Positions 11,567 to 25,930 of a stretch of 64,000 nt of DNA are shown in pieces. The position numbers and the translations under genes are program-made. This DNA comes from Neoconidiobolus thromboides FSU 785 (Eukaryota; Fungi; Entomophthoromycota), in the NCBI GenBank assembly GCA_025603075.1, contig MU626260.1, positions 1-64,000 on the forward strand. Direction: 5' to 3'. The notes beneath the pieces were generated by a model. That model saw only the letters and a list, made by a program, of their open reading frames with translations. It did no database searches and was not told the origin of the DNA. The stretch's first letter is position 1; every line of letters begins with the position of its first letter.

Positions 11567-12412
11567 TTAAACCCCAAAACTAAACACAATTACTGCCATG
11601 ATCACTATCATTATTTCCATAAGCCCCTTACCATCACTCCCCGAATTCACACCAATATCCCTATACTTTGGTTTAGTAAAATGAGCTAAATAAATGCCCT
11701 TTAAGCATTTTTGATAACAAGTAGCAATCCTATCTTGTAATACTTGTTCACCATTAGGTGGTGGTAATGGATGTTCTGTTGTATTACAGCGACCCATACA
11801 TGCACCTGTACGTCGAACTTGATCGGAATTAGGGTTAGGTACTTTAGCACATCGAGAAATACATTTGATATCGGGCCCGCAGCCGGATTCAACTAGACAT
11901 ACAAGTGTAGGGTCCGTAGAAGTAGCATTATGACTGGAGGTTTTTTCATTGGATTTGGAGGTAGTGGTAGGAGAGATAGAAGAGATAGAAGAGATAGAAG
12001 AGGAAGTGGTGGTAGGTGTTGTAGAGATACTTTCAACTGTTTTTTCAGAAGAAGATTTACTCTCTTGTATCGTTGCTTTATCTACATTACTTTGTTTATT
12101 ATTTTTATTGTCATTGGATTGTGATAATGGGTTATTATTTTTACTTTCATTGGGCTGGACATTATTGTTATTATTATTGTTATTATTATTCGTATTTGTA
12201 TTTTTGCTTGGGTTGCTTTGGATATTTTGATTATTAGTATTGGTATTACTATTCGTATTACTATTTTGATTGCTATTTGATATTTGATTACTTGGTACCC
12301 CTTTAACACCAGTTTGATTTTCGCCTAATTGTGGTAAATTATAACCTACTTTATCTCCTGGTGTTATCGCAACTATCAATTGAAATAATATGCAATAGAC
12401 GAAAAAGTTCAT
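11567..12412 (-). CDS. Secreted, probably GPI-anchored cell-surface protein with N/S/T-rich stalk and 8-Cys domain
   Basis: Hydrophobic N-terminus (MNFFVYCILFQLIVA), N/S/T-rich linker, Cys-rich domain (CLVESGC...CISRCAKVPNPN...CMGRC...CYQKC) and hydrophobic C-terminal tail after NSG. Confidence 0.7.
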   Translation of the reverse strand: MNFFVYCILFQLIVAITPGDKVGYNLPQLGENQTGVKGVPSNQISNSNQNSNTNSNTNTNNQNIQSNPSKNTNTNNNNNNNNNNVQPNESKNNNPLSQSNDNKNNKQSNVDKATIQESKSSSEKTVESISTTPTTTSSSISSISSISPTTTSKSNEKTSSHNATSTDPTLVCLVESGCGPDIKCISRCAKVPNPNSDQVRRTGACMGRCNTTEHPLPPPNGEQVLQDRIATCYQKCLKGIYLAHFTKPKYRDIGVNSGSDGKGLMEIMIVIMAVIVFSFGV

Positions 12413-12807
12413 ATTTAAAAAAGTAGAGAAATAAAGAAATAAAGAGCTATCTAAAATGAATGTAAAATAAACAAATGTAAATCAATAAAAAAATTAGCAA
12501 TAAACTATTTTATTATTAATGATATGAATAATATCCTGTTGAGTTTTCGAGTTTATTAATTTTGTTTGAAATAAAATTAACGATAGCTTAAAATGTCCAA
12601 AATTACCTTTTTAGGATTTTACTTTTGTTTGAGTTGAATTTTGTTAGTGTCAAAATAGATTGGAATTTTTTTTAAAATGAGGGAAGTAATACAAATAATT
12701 AATGTTGTGAGATTGTATGCTTTTATTGAATAAATGCCAATTTACAAAGATAAGTTATTTAGTTATTTTATTAAGTTTCATTTATCAATTTACGTAAAAT
12801 AGTATAT

Positions 12808-12905
12808 GGGGATGTTTTTTTGGTTTCATTATTTTTTCTATTTTTCAAGCACTATTTGAGCAGAAAGATTGTTAGTAAAATTTTTAAACATAAAAATACA
12901 TCCCC
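12808..12905 (+). mobile_element. MITE family 1, copy A
   Basis: GGGGATGT...ACATCCCC termini flanked by ATAT/ATAT. Internal consensus shared with 13 other copies. Confidence 0.9.
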
Positions 12906-13219
12906 ATATACTTGATTTTTTTATATAGGATCTTGAGAATTAATTTACAATTGTTAAGAATTCACTATTATTTTTAGTTAATATTTTCATTAAAAAAGTT
13001 ATTTTTATTTAGAAATATTTATAAAATAAACCCAAAATCTTTATAAATCTATTATTATTATCTATAGTATTGAATACCATTATGTTAAATTTGACTCAAT
13101 ACTATAAATATCTCAATGTATTTAATAAGTTGTATTTTATTGATCTTTTAAAACACTTGTTTAATAAAATGAATGTTTTAGAATACCTAATAGTCTTTCA
13201 ATAAAATAAAACATTATAT

Positions 13220-13317
13220 AGAAATGTATTTTTATGCCCAAGAATTTTACTAGCAATCTTTCCACTTTAAGTAGCGCTTAAAAGAAAAAAAGTAATAAAG
13301 TCAAAAAAAACACTCCC
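13220..13317 (-). mobile_element. MITE family 1, copy B
   Basis: Reverse-complement match to the consensus with degenerate termini. Flanks ATAT/ATTT. Confidence 0.85.
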
Positions 13318-13864
13318 ATTTATTTATTCAGTATCCATATCAACATAAACACTTTGTAGAAAAGAGTTTAATTCCATGAATTCATAATTCGAAGTCTAAA
13401 ACTAAGAGGTTTAGCTACATTTTCATTGCTTTTAACTAATATTTTAACTTGGTTTAACTGTTTATTAGAAAGGCTCTCTATTCATCAAAAAGGGTTAAAA
13501 TTGGTATCATTGAGCTCATACAAACCTGCTTCAAATTGTGAGAGATCCTATAGAGTATCTAAATCACTGAAATCGCTATTAAAAGAGTAGTTCAAGTTTA
13601 AAATAGGGAAATAAATTTTCATTATTCAATAGTTTACATCTTGCTTCTCTTCAGCCTTACCTCTCCTTTTAATTTTATCTTTAACTTTCATCTTTTATCT
13701 AGTCACCATTAAACTTCAAATTCAGTAAAAAATACTTCAAGTCATTAAAAATCAGAAAAAATTAACTTGATTATGATGCTTAAAAAGAGATAATAAAATA
13801 AAGATCAATCTAATGTGAACACTTATAAGCTAAAAATTTAAAAAACTGTAAAGGTAAATTTTGT

Positions 13865-14870
13865 TTATTCAATTATTTCTTCACAGTTTAAACATCTTGA
13901 TAAAAAGCTTAGCATCTGTTCAAAAAAATATCTACAACCACCCGAGCTTATCTCTGATAGAATATTATCAATTATTTTAAACAATTCCTTTTCATTTTTT
14001 ATTTCTTTCGCTCTTATTGATTGAATCCATTTAGTGTAAATCCTTTCAACAGGATTTAAAAATGAAGAGTTGGGTGGTGAATGTATTAGCTCGTGCCCTT
14101 TCGATTCAATAAGACCTTTGACACTTGAATCTTTTTTAATATATACATTATCCATAATTATTATAGCTTCGGATATATTTGTTTTCTCTAATCTCTCAAC
14201 AGCTGACTTAACAAATTGGTTAAACGTATTAGTAAAAAAACACGTTAGTTGAGATTGATATTCAATTAATCCATTTAAATTCATAGCACAACACATGAAT
14301 GTGTTTATCATAAGAGCTCTAAAATCCTGCTTTTCTGTCTTTCTTCCAGTGGATCTCTCTCTCAAGCGCGTTGAAACATTAAACGTAGCTTCATTGATAA
14401 ATATAATTTTAGAATGAATAAATTCCATCATTTCATTAAAAAAGTATTAGCATAAAAGACCCAAAACTCCAAAATAGTCAAATCGTTGTTTTGAGGTAAT
14501 GAATCAATACGTTTAAAAGAGTAATTAAAAGCATTTAAGTTTATGCTTATAATTTTTTCACTTACTGTTACTTCGATTTCATTCTTTAATTCCTCCTTGA
14601 TTTCTTTTAATAGTATATTAGAATCTTTTTCAACACAAGATTGTATCAATTTCTTTTGGGATTCTGATATAATTACTCTAGGAGCTTCTTTTTCATTCAA
14701 TTTTGATCTTCTTCTATAATCTTCCCTATCAATATATTTTTTTACAATTTTGAACTATCCTCATATTGAAACCAAAAAATTTAGAAATACTGGCTGCATT
14801 AGATTCACTAAACATTAACAATTCTTTCTCTATCTTCATTACCAATTAATTTGTAGCTTGTTTTGATCAT
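13865..14870 (-). pseudogene. Second IS630/Tc1-like transposase copy, frameshifted
   Basis: Collinear with 125-1141 (IFINEATFNV, IMDN, PPNSSFLNPVE, RCLN.EEI). A 1-nt deletion in a T-run near 14440 splits ORFs 14428-14700 and 13865-14431, and there are more lesions in the 5' part after ATG 14870. Confidence 0.85.
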
Positions 14871-15003
14871 GGATGTTTTTTGTTGTAAAATAGCGCCAAA
14901 AATGAAGTTTCAATAACATTCTCAAACAAATGATACGCCAGATTTTAGAGCTCTTTCACCAATAAAAATGGAGATATCATCAATTGTTAACAAATCAATA
15001 TAT

Positions 15004-15101
15004 GGAGGCGTTTTTTTGACTTCATTACTTTTTCCATCCTTTAAGCACTATTTGAGCAGAAAGATTGTTAGTAAAATTCTTAAACAAAAAAATTCATCCC
15101 C
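15004..15101 (+). mobile_element. MITE family 1, copy C
   Basis: GGAGGCGT...TCATCCCC termini. Core nearly identical to copy A. Confidence 0.85.
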
Positions 15102-16177
15102 AATGCCTCTTTCCTGTTTATGAATTCTAAAACTTAATTTCCGCTCAATTGCACTAAAACAAACAATTAGAAAAAGTTTAAAAATATCACCAAATGACTG
15201 TTTATTTACTTATACTACCAACTAATAGGTTAATAAGCGTGAAATTTTACTAGTCGAATTTTAAGTTTAGCTCTTAGATTCTAAAGTTTTATAAAAAATA
15301 AGAATAAATGATCTTATGATTTATTTATTTATTACAAAGTATAAATAAGATTTGTTTTAATTTTAGATCCATTATCTATCTTATTTCTTTATACTTTCCT
15401 TTTATAATTTACTTTTAAATGCCACCTTCCTTTTTCTTCTTTTTATCCCACTTTTAATTTGATTTGGGCAATCCCTTGATGACATAATTGATTGTTGTAA
15501 TCTGAAAATAAATTTAAGTTTAAATTTTATTTATTTTGAAAACTAATTCTAGTCATTGATCAATTATTATTAATATATAAATGTTTATAAAATGTTATTG
15601 TGCAAGTATTTTTAACTACTTTTATTATAAAGAAATTGCCAATAAGTATACCTTCATAAGAATGGATACTAAAGTATAAATAAATAAGATGATTTTATAG
15701 TAAAAGTTGTCAATTATCAAAAGTTATAAACTTTATTATAAATTTATAACACTTTAGAAATATTGGAACTTTTCTTAAATAAACCCAGTTCATATAACTT
15801 AATGGCTACTCGATTGATACACTGATATAAGAGTTAATATAAATTAGCAAACCAAAAAACAATCCCACGACAATAATAAACAATCTAACGCAAAAAAATA
15901 CCCATAAAAAAGATTTAATTCCACTTATAAAAGCTCAAAAACAAAACAAGAAACGTATTTGATATCAAACCAAAAAAATATCTTAAAAAATATTCAAAAA
16001 ATATATATTAACGTTTTTTTAGTACGACTATTAAATCAATTATGAAACAAATTTCAGTTTATCGAAAAATTTCTCTAATTTCTAAAAAAAAGTGAGTTCG
16101 TTATGGTGAGTATAATACCCTCTTTTTTATATTTAAAATTAATCCAATAGTTTAATACTACATAAGTAGTTCTTAAT

Positions 16178-18619
<2,442 letters not shown>

Positions 18620-20585
18620 AGCTTTAAAAATTTAATTTTTGGAATAAATTAAATTGGATCAATATGCTGTCCAAGTATAGATTGAATTAGGATATAATAT
18701 TATTTAAAAAATTAAGTTAAATGAAGTTGAGATAAAAGAATAAACTAAAATATAGCCACTCTCTTAATTTTGAATAAGTTGCTTGTTGATTTGAGTTGGA
18801 ATTCAATGCTAGGCTAACTGTGATTAGATTTAACCATTAATTAGTGGAGAACCAAATAATTCATAGTAAATTTAGAGATATTTGAAATGAGCCACTCAGT
18901 AATAACCAATCAATTAGCTTGAATTATTTTTACAACCATATTCTAGTAATTGATTGGCTAGTGATTTTAAAAATGACCTCATTTATTATGATTGAAGTTA
19001 ATTTTTACAATAAGTTTATATGGGCAATTAATTTAGTTATATTACTTTTCCTTCGGACAATTAAGAATTTATATATGCAAGGGAAAGAAATACATGTTGT
19101 TGAGTGAAAAAAGTTCGTATACATACTCAAGCTTGTTTTCTAGTCTGCTTTATATATTGAGTATCAAGGAGCCAATTTTCTCTGAAATAAAGGAGTATAT
19201 TCCACGAAAAGTGTAAAATTTATAAATAAAAAATCTAATCACACTTATGATTGAATTCTATTCCTAGTTAAAAGTGACTTTTTAAAAATAGGTTCTAAAG
19301 GATAATTAATACCCTAATGCTTTATTAATAGTTGACACATTAGATAAACATATCATGTTCAAAGTATATACTTGGACTAACTTTATCCTTTATATAGTTT
19401 TATTTACTATCCTGGAGTATCTTCGATTTTATAAATAGCATATCTAATTCGTTAATTCGTTAATTCATTAGTTTTATAATAATGTTCAATTACATAATTT
19501 ATTGAATGATTCTGATTTTGTTAAATAATCAAGCTTTGATTTTTGATTTTATAAAGTAATAACAATATTAAAACTAAGCTGATTATTTTTACCAATATAC
19601 TTTAAGGTATAGTCATAATGTACAAAGATATTATGAAGTTAACTAAGAACGAAGTTAAAGGAAATATATAGCTTTATCGATTGTGATAACTGTAGTATAC
19701 TATTACAAAAGAGATGAATACTAAAAAACCTATTATTAAAAAATGATGTATATTTTACAAATATGTTAAAAATACTTTTTAATTTATTAATCAATATTTT
19801 GATTATAGTTTAGTACAACAATATGTAAGAATATTTTTTAAAAATAAATCATAGTTAAAACAAAACAAAATTATTTAAGCAAAAACTATATCTGTTTATA
19901 AACAAAAGTGAAGAAAATAGTTTACTTACAACTCAAATAGTACTTTTATAGCTGGATCAATAAAAGTATTTCTATTTGAATTTTAATAATATAAGGTTAC
20001 AGTAATAAATGATAAGTACTACTCTTGTCCTGAAATAAGTGACTAGTTGATTATCTTTAACTTTCCTAAAAAATGATCAATTTCAGTTTATGTTCCAATG
20101 TCATTTTGTGTTGCTTTTTGTTTATTTTTTTTTCCAATTTTTAAATTTTATTATAAACTAAGTGACTAATAAAATGCTATTGAAAAAAAACAGTTTTCTA
20201 ATTATTTGCATTTTGAAGCTTTACTTAAAGTTAAATATTTTTTTATTAAAAGAACATGATATAATTAATTTATCAAATTTAAATAAAAATACTTATTGCA
20301 TAAAAATTAAGCAATTTAATATATATATTATAATGATAAAAGTTGTAAAATATGAATAAATACTTATTTTCATAAAATTTTATTAAAAAATATCTATTAC
20401 TAACTATATACATATTTTTACCTTAATAATTATTTTAACTTAATTTTTGAACTTTAAATTAAAAATATATTAATATATTAATATATTAAGATAGTTTTTT
20501 TCATATTTGCCATTAATTTATACATAGTATATAAACTTTGAAATATAAAAATTATGCAAGTTTAAATTATTTTATTATTGGATTT

Positions 20586-20713
20586 TAATAAAATAATAAA
20601 ATAATAAAATAATAAAATAATAAAATAATAAAATAATAAAATAATAAAATAATAAAATAATAAAATAATAAAATAATAAAATAATAAAATAATAAAATAA
20701 TAAAATAATAAAA
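20586..20713. repeat. Perfect 8-bp tandem repeat (TAATAAAA)x16
   Basis: Read directly from the sequence; it lies 59 bp before MITE copy D. Confidence 0.9.
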
Positions 20714-20772
20714 CTATAGTTTTGATTTGCTTATTATTTTTTTATCATTACTTATTCAAAAATAAGTATATT

Positions 20773-20868
20773 GGGGATGTATTTTTGTGTTTAAGGATTT
20801 TACTAACAAATTTTCCGCTTAAATAGCGCTTAAAAAATGGAAAAAATAGTGAAGTCAAAAACATTCCC
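20773..20868 (-). mobile_element. MITE family 1, copy D
   Basis: GGGGATGT...ACATTCCC termini. Core nearly identical to copies L and M. Confidence 0.9.
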
Positions 20869-21419
20869 ATTTGTTTCAATTCTAATAAAAAACAAAACAA
20901 AATAACCCCCTATACATTTGTTTTATATATTTATCAAATATTTGATGAAATCATATAAAATATTTAATAAAAATAACACAAAACATTTGATTGAAAAAAT
21001 CAATTATTTAGTAAAATAAAATAATCAAAGTAGCCTTCTTACACTTAAAAAGGTAATTTTTTAATTTGGTTCTTTAATTTAGCTAGTTATGTATTAAAAA
21101 TTTAAAATTTAAAATTCAAAAGCTTAAAACTTAAATTGGTTTCAATTAAAATAAACCTTGGCTAATATTTTATCATTTTCTAAATATAAATACTAAAACC
21201 TAATATTATTATAGCTTGTTTGTTATAATAGTTTGACTTTGTTAAATCTGGCTTTATTTTTATACTTTATTTAGAATTCAAAATTATCATGTAACTTTTA
21301 ATATTTGGTTTTTTAATGTTTTTATTAAATATGTTTTTTGAACATTAATACAAATTTATGTAATTTACATAACTTTATTATTATTTTTTCTATAGTTATT
21401 TTATTTTTCATTACTATAT

Positions 21420-21518
21420 GAGGATGTTTTTTTGAGTTCATTACTTTTTTCCATCTTATAAGCTCTATTTGAGTGGAAAGATTGTTAGTAAAATTTTTAA
21501 ATATAAAAATACATCCCT
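21420..21518 (+). mobile_element. MITE family 1, copy E
   Basis: GAGGATGT...ACATCCCT termini with ATAT/ATAT flanks. Confidence 0.9.
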
Positions 21519-21761
21519 ATATCTAAATCCTGACTTTTGGCTGTATTCTCAGCTTTTTATTTTAAAGTACTTTTTATATTTTTTTAGCTATATCAAACAA
21601 CATTTTAATAAGTATTTATTTTTTTATTTATATTTATTTTTTTATTATTAATACAATTTTATATTTTATTAAATAGATTTTTTTAATAAGCTATTGTAAA
21701 CTTTTTTTTACTTTTAGCTTTTTATAATTAATATAAAATAAACAAGTTTTGATTATTAAAT

Positions 21762-21858
21762 GGGGATGTTTTTTGACTTCATCACTCTTTCCATCTTTTA
21801 GGCGTTATTTGAATGGAAAAATTGTTAATAAAATTGTTAAACAAAAAAATAAATCCCC
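21762..21858 (+). mobile_element. MITE family 1, copy F
   Basis: GGGGATGT...AAATCCCC termini with AAAT/AAAT flanks. Confidence 0.9.
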
Positions 21859-21876
21859 AAATTTTATATAATATAT

Positions 21877-21990
21877 AGAGGTGTTTTTTAATTTTATTAT
21901 TTTATTATTTTATTTTATTTTATTTTATTTTTCAAGTGCTATTTAGATAGAATAACTATCAATAAAATTGTTAAATAAAAGAACACCTCT
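21877..21990 (+). mobile_element. MITE family 1, divergent copy G with internal (TTTTA)n expansion
   Basis: AGAGGTGTT...AACACCTCT termini with ATAT/ATAT flanks. Retains AAGTGCTATTT and AATAAAATTGTTAAA core blocks. Confidence 0.7.
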
Positions 21991-23013
21991 ATATTAATTT
22001 ATTTTTATAAAATTTTATTTATAAGTTAATATATTTAAATTTAATAAGATATTTTTATAATGTTAAAATCATTTGGTTTATTTTTAGTTAAAATTGGGAA
22101 AAAATATAGTAATTAAAATAAAGCAAACTAAATATTTTTTAATTTTTTAATTATTACTATTAGTCTTTTTAAACAAATAGGATAAAACATATTTATATAA
22201 TCAATATTTTTATTTTTATAAAAAAAATTCTATTAAAAGCTATTTGTAAATATTTTTTAAAATTAGTGTAGTATATTTATTAACTATATTTTACCTTTTG
22301 TTATATTTAATAATAAATATAAAGCAAAAAACTAAATAAACTAAATAAACTAAATTTATTATAAGTAAATTAAAATAATTTAACAAATCATTAAATTTAA
22401 TTTTTAATTTTGATAAATTAATAAAATGTATTAATTACTACAATATTAAAAAAAATATAATTTACAGAATTACAATGAATATGTTAAAATATTAAAAGTA
22501 CAAAATAGTATCCAGTTATAATAATATAGAATGAATTTTTAAAAATACAAAGTAATAAAACTATACTGCTAAATTAGGCAAGTTATTAAACTTTGCCTGC
22601 TTGGTAAAAAGTGAGCTAGAGTTAAGTAGACCAATTAAAGGGTGTCATGAGGAGGATTAAAAGCTAGTCACCAACAACTACGTAAATAATTAACAATTAG
22701 AACCATTTTTCAAACTTATTAAACAGGGAATAAAATATAATTTGATAAAAAGGTTATCTGCAAACAATCACATATAAAAAGCAAGCTAAGCAAATTTAAG
22801 TTCCAGTGTAGCTAATAAAAAAAAGAAATGTAATTCTAAATAATTACAATTATAGCCAATAGTAAAGCTATATGGAACTATAAATAAGGGTACGTTTTCT
22901 CTTAAATTACTTTTGTACTTTTTATTTTAACAAAGTAAAGTTGTTTTTACTTTGATTGATGAATCTATATAAACAAAACTAACATAAATCCCTGTATTGT
23001 TTTATACCGTTAG

Positions 23014-23325
23014 GTGCCTACTCTATTTGAAACTGTACTACTACCACAAGTTAAGGTGATGGACCTTGAAAAAATACGTTGTTTAAGCTTAGAAAAGCTA
23101 AATCAAACTAAACTAGATACTGGTTTATATAAACAACTAATGATGCGAACAATCTTTACAAAGATTGATCAATATGAAAATTCTCTAATGGTTAACCATC
23201 TGGAACTTCCAACTTCTCAAATTGAAGAAATTTGGCTTGAATCTTGCTTTAATGACGTAGAAAATATAGATTCTAAGTTCATAGAGGAGCATGGCGTTAT
23301 TCATGATGTTATCTATATTTTTTAG
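23014..23325 (+). CDS. Small protein with SERTA-like motif; true start uncertain (possibly ATG 23059, or an upstream exon)
   Basis: Isolated open frame in very AT-rich surroundings, directly after an acceptor-like TTAG with an upstream CTAAC branch. The motif IRCLSLEKL....DTGLYKQLMMRTIFTKI resembles SERTA, followed by EEIWLESC. Confidence 0.45.
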   Translation: MPTLFETVLLPQVKVMDLEKIRCLSLEKLNQTKLDTGLYKQLMMRTIFTKIDQYENSLMVNHLELPTSQIEEIWLESCFNDVENIDSKFIEEHGVIHDVIYIF

Positions 23326-24617
23326 TAGGTGATAAGCTGTAATGTATATCTATATGACACTAAGCTAATCTTCTAGCTTTAAGAATTACTTATAGCAAAA
23401 ACAATAGTTTGTATCCTTTTCATTTGTAATAAAATAGTTTCATCGTTATGATAGTTAAATTTGGTTTAGATTTCTTTTAATTTATGCTCCTTTTTAATGA
23501 TCTCTAATGTTTCAACTTAGTGAACGTGATCTAGATATTTTATGAAATTAAGGGGGCTTAGCTTTCAAGCTTTGAAATATGTTGAGTATCATAAGGTTAT
23601 GTGATAATACTTACCACCGTTGTTTTTACTTTCATGAAACATTAACTGTTTAAATAAAAGTTCAAAAAGGTTTGTTTTGTTTTTTTATTGTCTTAATCAC
23701 TAGTCTAAAACTACTTTAATGCTATAGCCATTACTACACTAGTTAGATGAAAATTTAATAATCTTGAATCAAATATGATTATAGTTTTATCAATTCAAAT
23801 TCTGCAGTTAAAGCTTAAAACCATTACTATTAACTTGAGTTAATATATGGCATATAAAATTTAAGACTTAACTCCTTATTACAGAAAATAAACAATAGCT
23901 ATTTATTACTTCTCATATTAAGATTCCAATTTATCTAGATACTGCAAAATTTAAATGGCTATCTCTTATTTTAAAAACAGCTTATATTAATGAAAGTATC
24001 TCATATTAGAGCCACCATGAATTATTTATTGATGATATGTTTACTTATTAAATAAGGGAAATAAAAATTATTACTTTTATATTGGGATAGTTAACCGAAT
24101 GTATACCAAAATTTGCTTAAGTTTATACTACCTTAATATATTATATGCAATTATATTAATGAAAATACATATTTTATCATTGTTGATTTATTGGTCCCTA
24201 AGGCATTTTTTTAAGTTTTTATATTGTTCAAGGCTTCTAGTATTTAGAATAGTTTCAGGGGTTTAAATACTTATCAATAAATAAAAAATTTAATAATTTT
24301 AGAAATAGTAATGAAGCAAATTATTTCTATATTTAGTATATTTTAAAAGAGTTTTATTTTGATAAAGCTGTCTCTTGTCGTTTTGTTTTAATAAACTATT
24401 TTTTGTTGAATTTTTAAACCAGTCTATTCATATTAAAATTAAAAAAATCCTAACACTATTTATTTAAATGTAATTTTATTAAGTAAGATAAATATAAGAA
24501 GAGGAAGTACAAAAAGTACATATGAAAGACTATATAATAGTGAAAGAAGATAAAAATGCCATTGAGAATTTGATAAAGAAGAGATTTAAAAAAGGTCTTA
24601 TCTAACATATGTAAAGA

Positions 24618-25930
24618 TTACTCACAAGCCAATTTAGCATCAAAAGAAGATAAAGCAATTGAGAAAGCTTGGAGGGGACATAAGGGATATTGGAAATCCA
24701 TAGTAAAAGTATCCATTGAGATACGACCAAACTGCATCACAATATAATCCAAATCAAAGTCGTGAACAATTTGGAAATTCTTAACCGAAGCTAAAGTGAC
24801 CCTACCATTAAAATTTAGCACATAAGATTGAGTCTCTTCATTCCACTGTGGTGCTTTGTTTTTCAAAATTAATAGTTTTTCACTGTTTTTTTGTTTATAA
24901 CTTTCTATCAAACCTTCTGAATCCTAATATTAAATATTAATTGGTATTTCAATTTTCTAATTATCTTTTATACTACTTACATTACTTGGTCTAAACTCTG
25001 GTCTTTTACCATCAGGGGTCATACCCATTAACAGCACAGTCATTTTTCTAGGACCTTTAAAACCCAAAATGTTAGGCTCCTAAAATAATAGAGTTGTTTA
25101 AGTAATAATCAAAATGAACATAAGATTCAATTACATAAAATACGGCTCCTAATTCTTGTCTTAGTTTCATTTCTGGTTGTTTTTCTAGATCTTTAAAATT
25201 AGGTAAAATTCGGTTATTTTTTTTAAATTTATTAGGACTGATTCCATTATCATAAATCGTAAATGCTGTGCCCAAAAAGTTTGATCTAAGTTATGAAAGA
25301 TTAGCCATCAATATTATTAATTAATAGTAATAATTTTACTTCACTTTAGCCACAATAAAGTTATCCATATCATAGGGTTTAGCCCCAATGACATAATAAG
25401 CCCCCTTACTCCTTCTTTTACGATAAGCCCATAGCAAAAATGTAGATGTGAGATGAGATTCTTCTTTATATAACTCGTAAATAATCCCTAATCCAGGCTC
25501 TCTGCGACGCACTATACGACATTGCATTTTTTCACCTTGTGAAACAGGCTGTAATACTAACTCTTTAATCGATTTAAAGTTATCTTTATACAAGTTGGCA
25601 TTTGGATGAAATGATAAGGGTAGTGTCGATATACCATTCGTGGTTGGATGAATTGCTTCTAAGGCGGCTTCTAACATGGCTGAATGTGCTGATGATCTAT
25701 TATTTGACTAATAATGTTATTGTTTTATCATAAATAGATTTTATTAGCCTACGTTTAAACTCCAAAATCCACTTAATCGTGTTCCGGAACTCCTTCCTTG
25801 TAATTCTAATACTCTAGGTGAAGGTAAAATCACTGAAAATAAGAAATATAGTTAGTATCATTGAAGTAGAGCTTGAACAAATATGCTTATTACTTTGATT
25901 GTCTTCATTATTACTATTATTTGTGTTCAT
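24618..25930 (-). CDS. Tubby-family (Tub domain) protein, multi-exon
   Basis: [27 protein letters not shown] (spliced), [40 protein letters not shown] and the diagnostic C-terminus FDAKLACE. Probable ATG at 25930. Confidence 0.9.

Noticed and set aside
12808-15101. Composite transposon formed by MITEs A/B and C around the transposase pseudogene
   Set aside because: The outer flanks do not form a target duplication (ATAT vs AATG), and the 4-bp TSD type does not match an IS630/Tc1 enzyme. Independent insertions are simpler, although A and C share derived bases.
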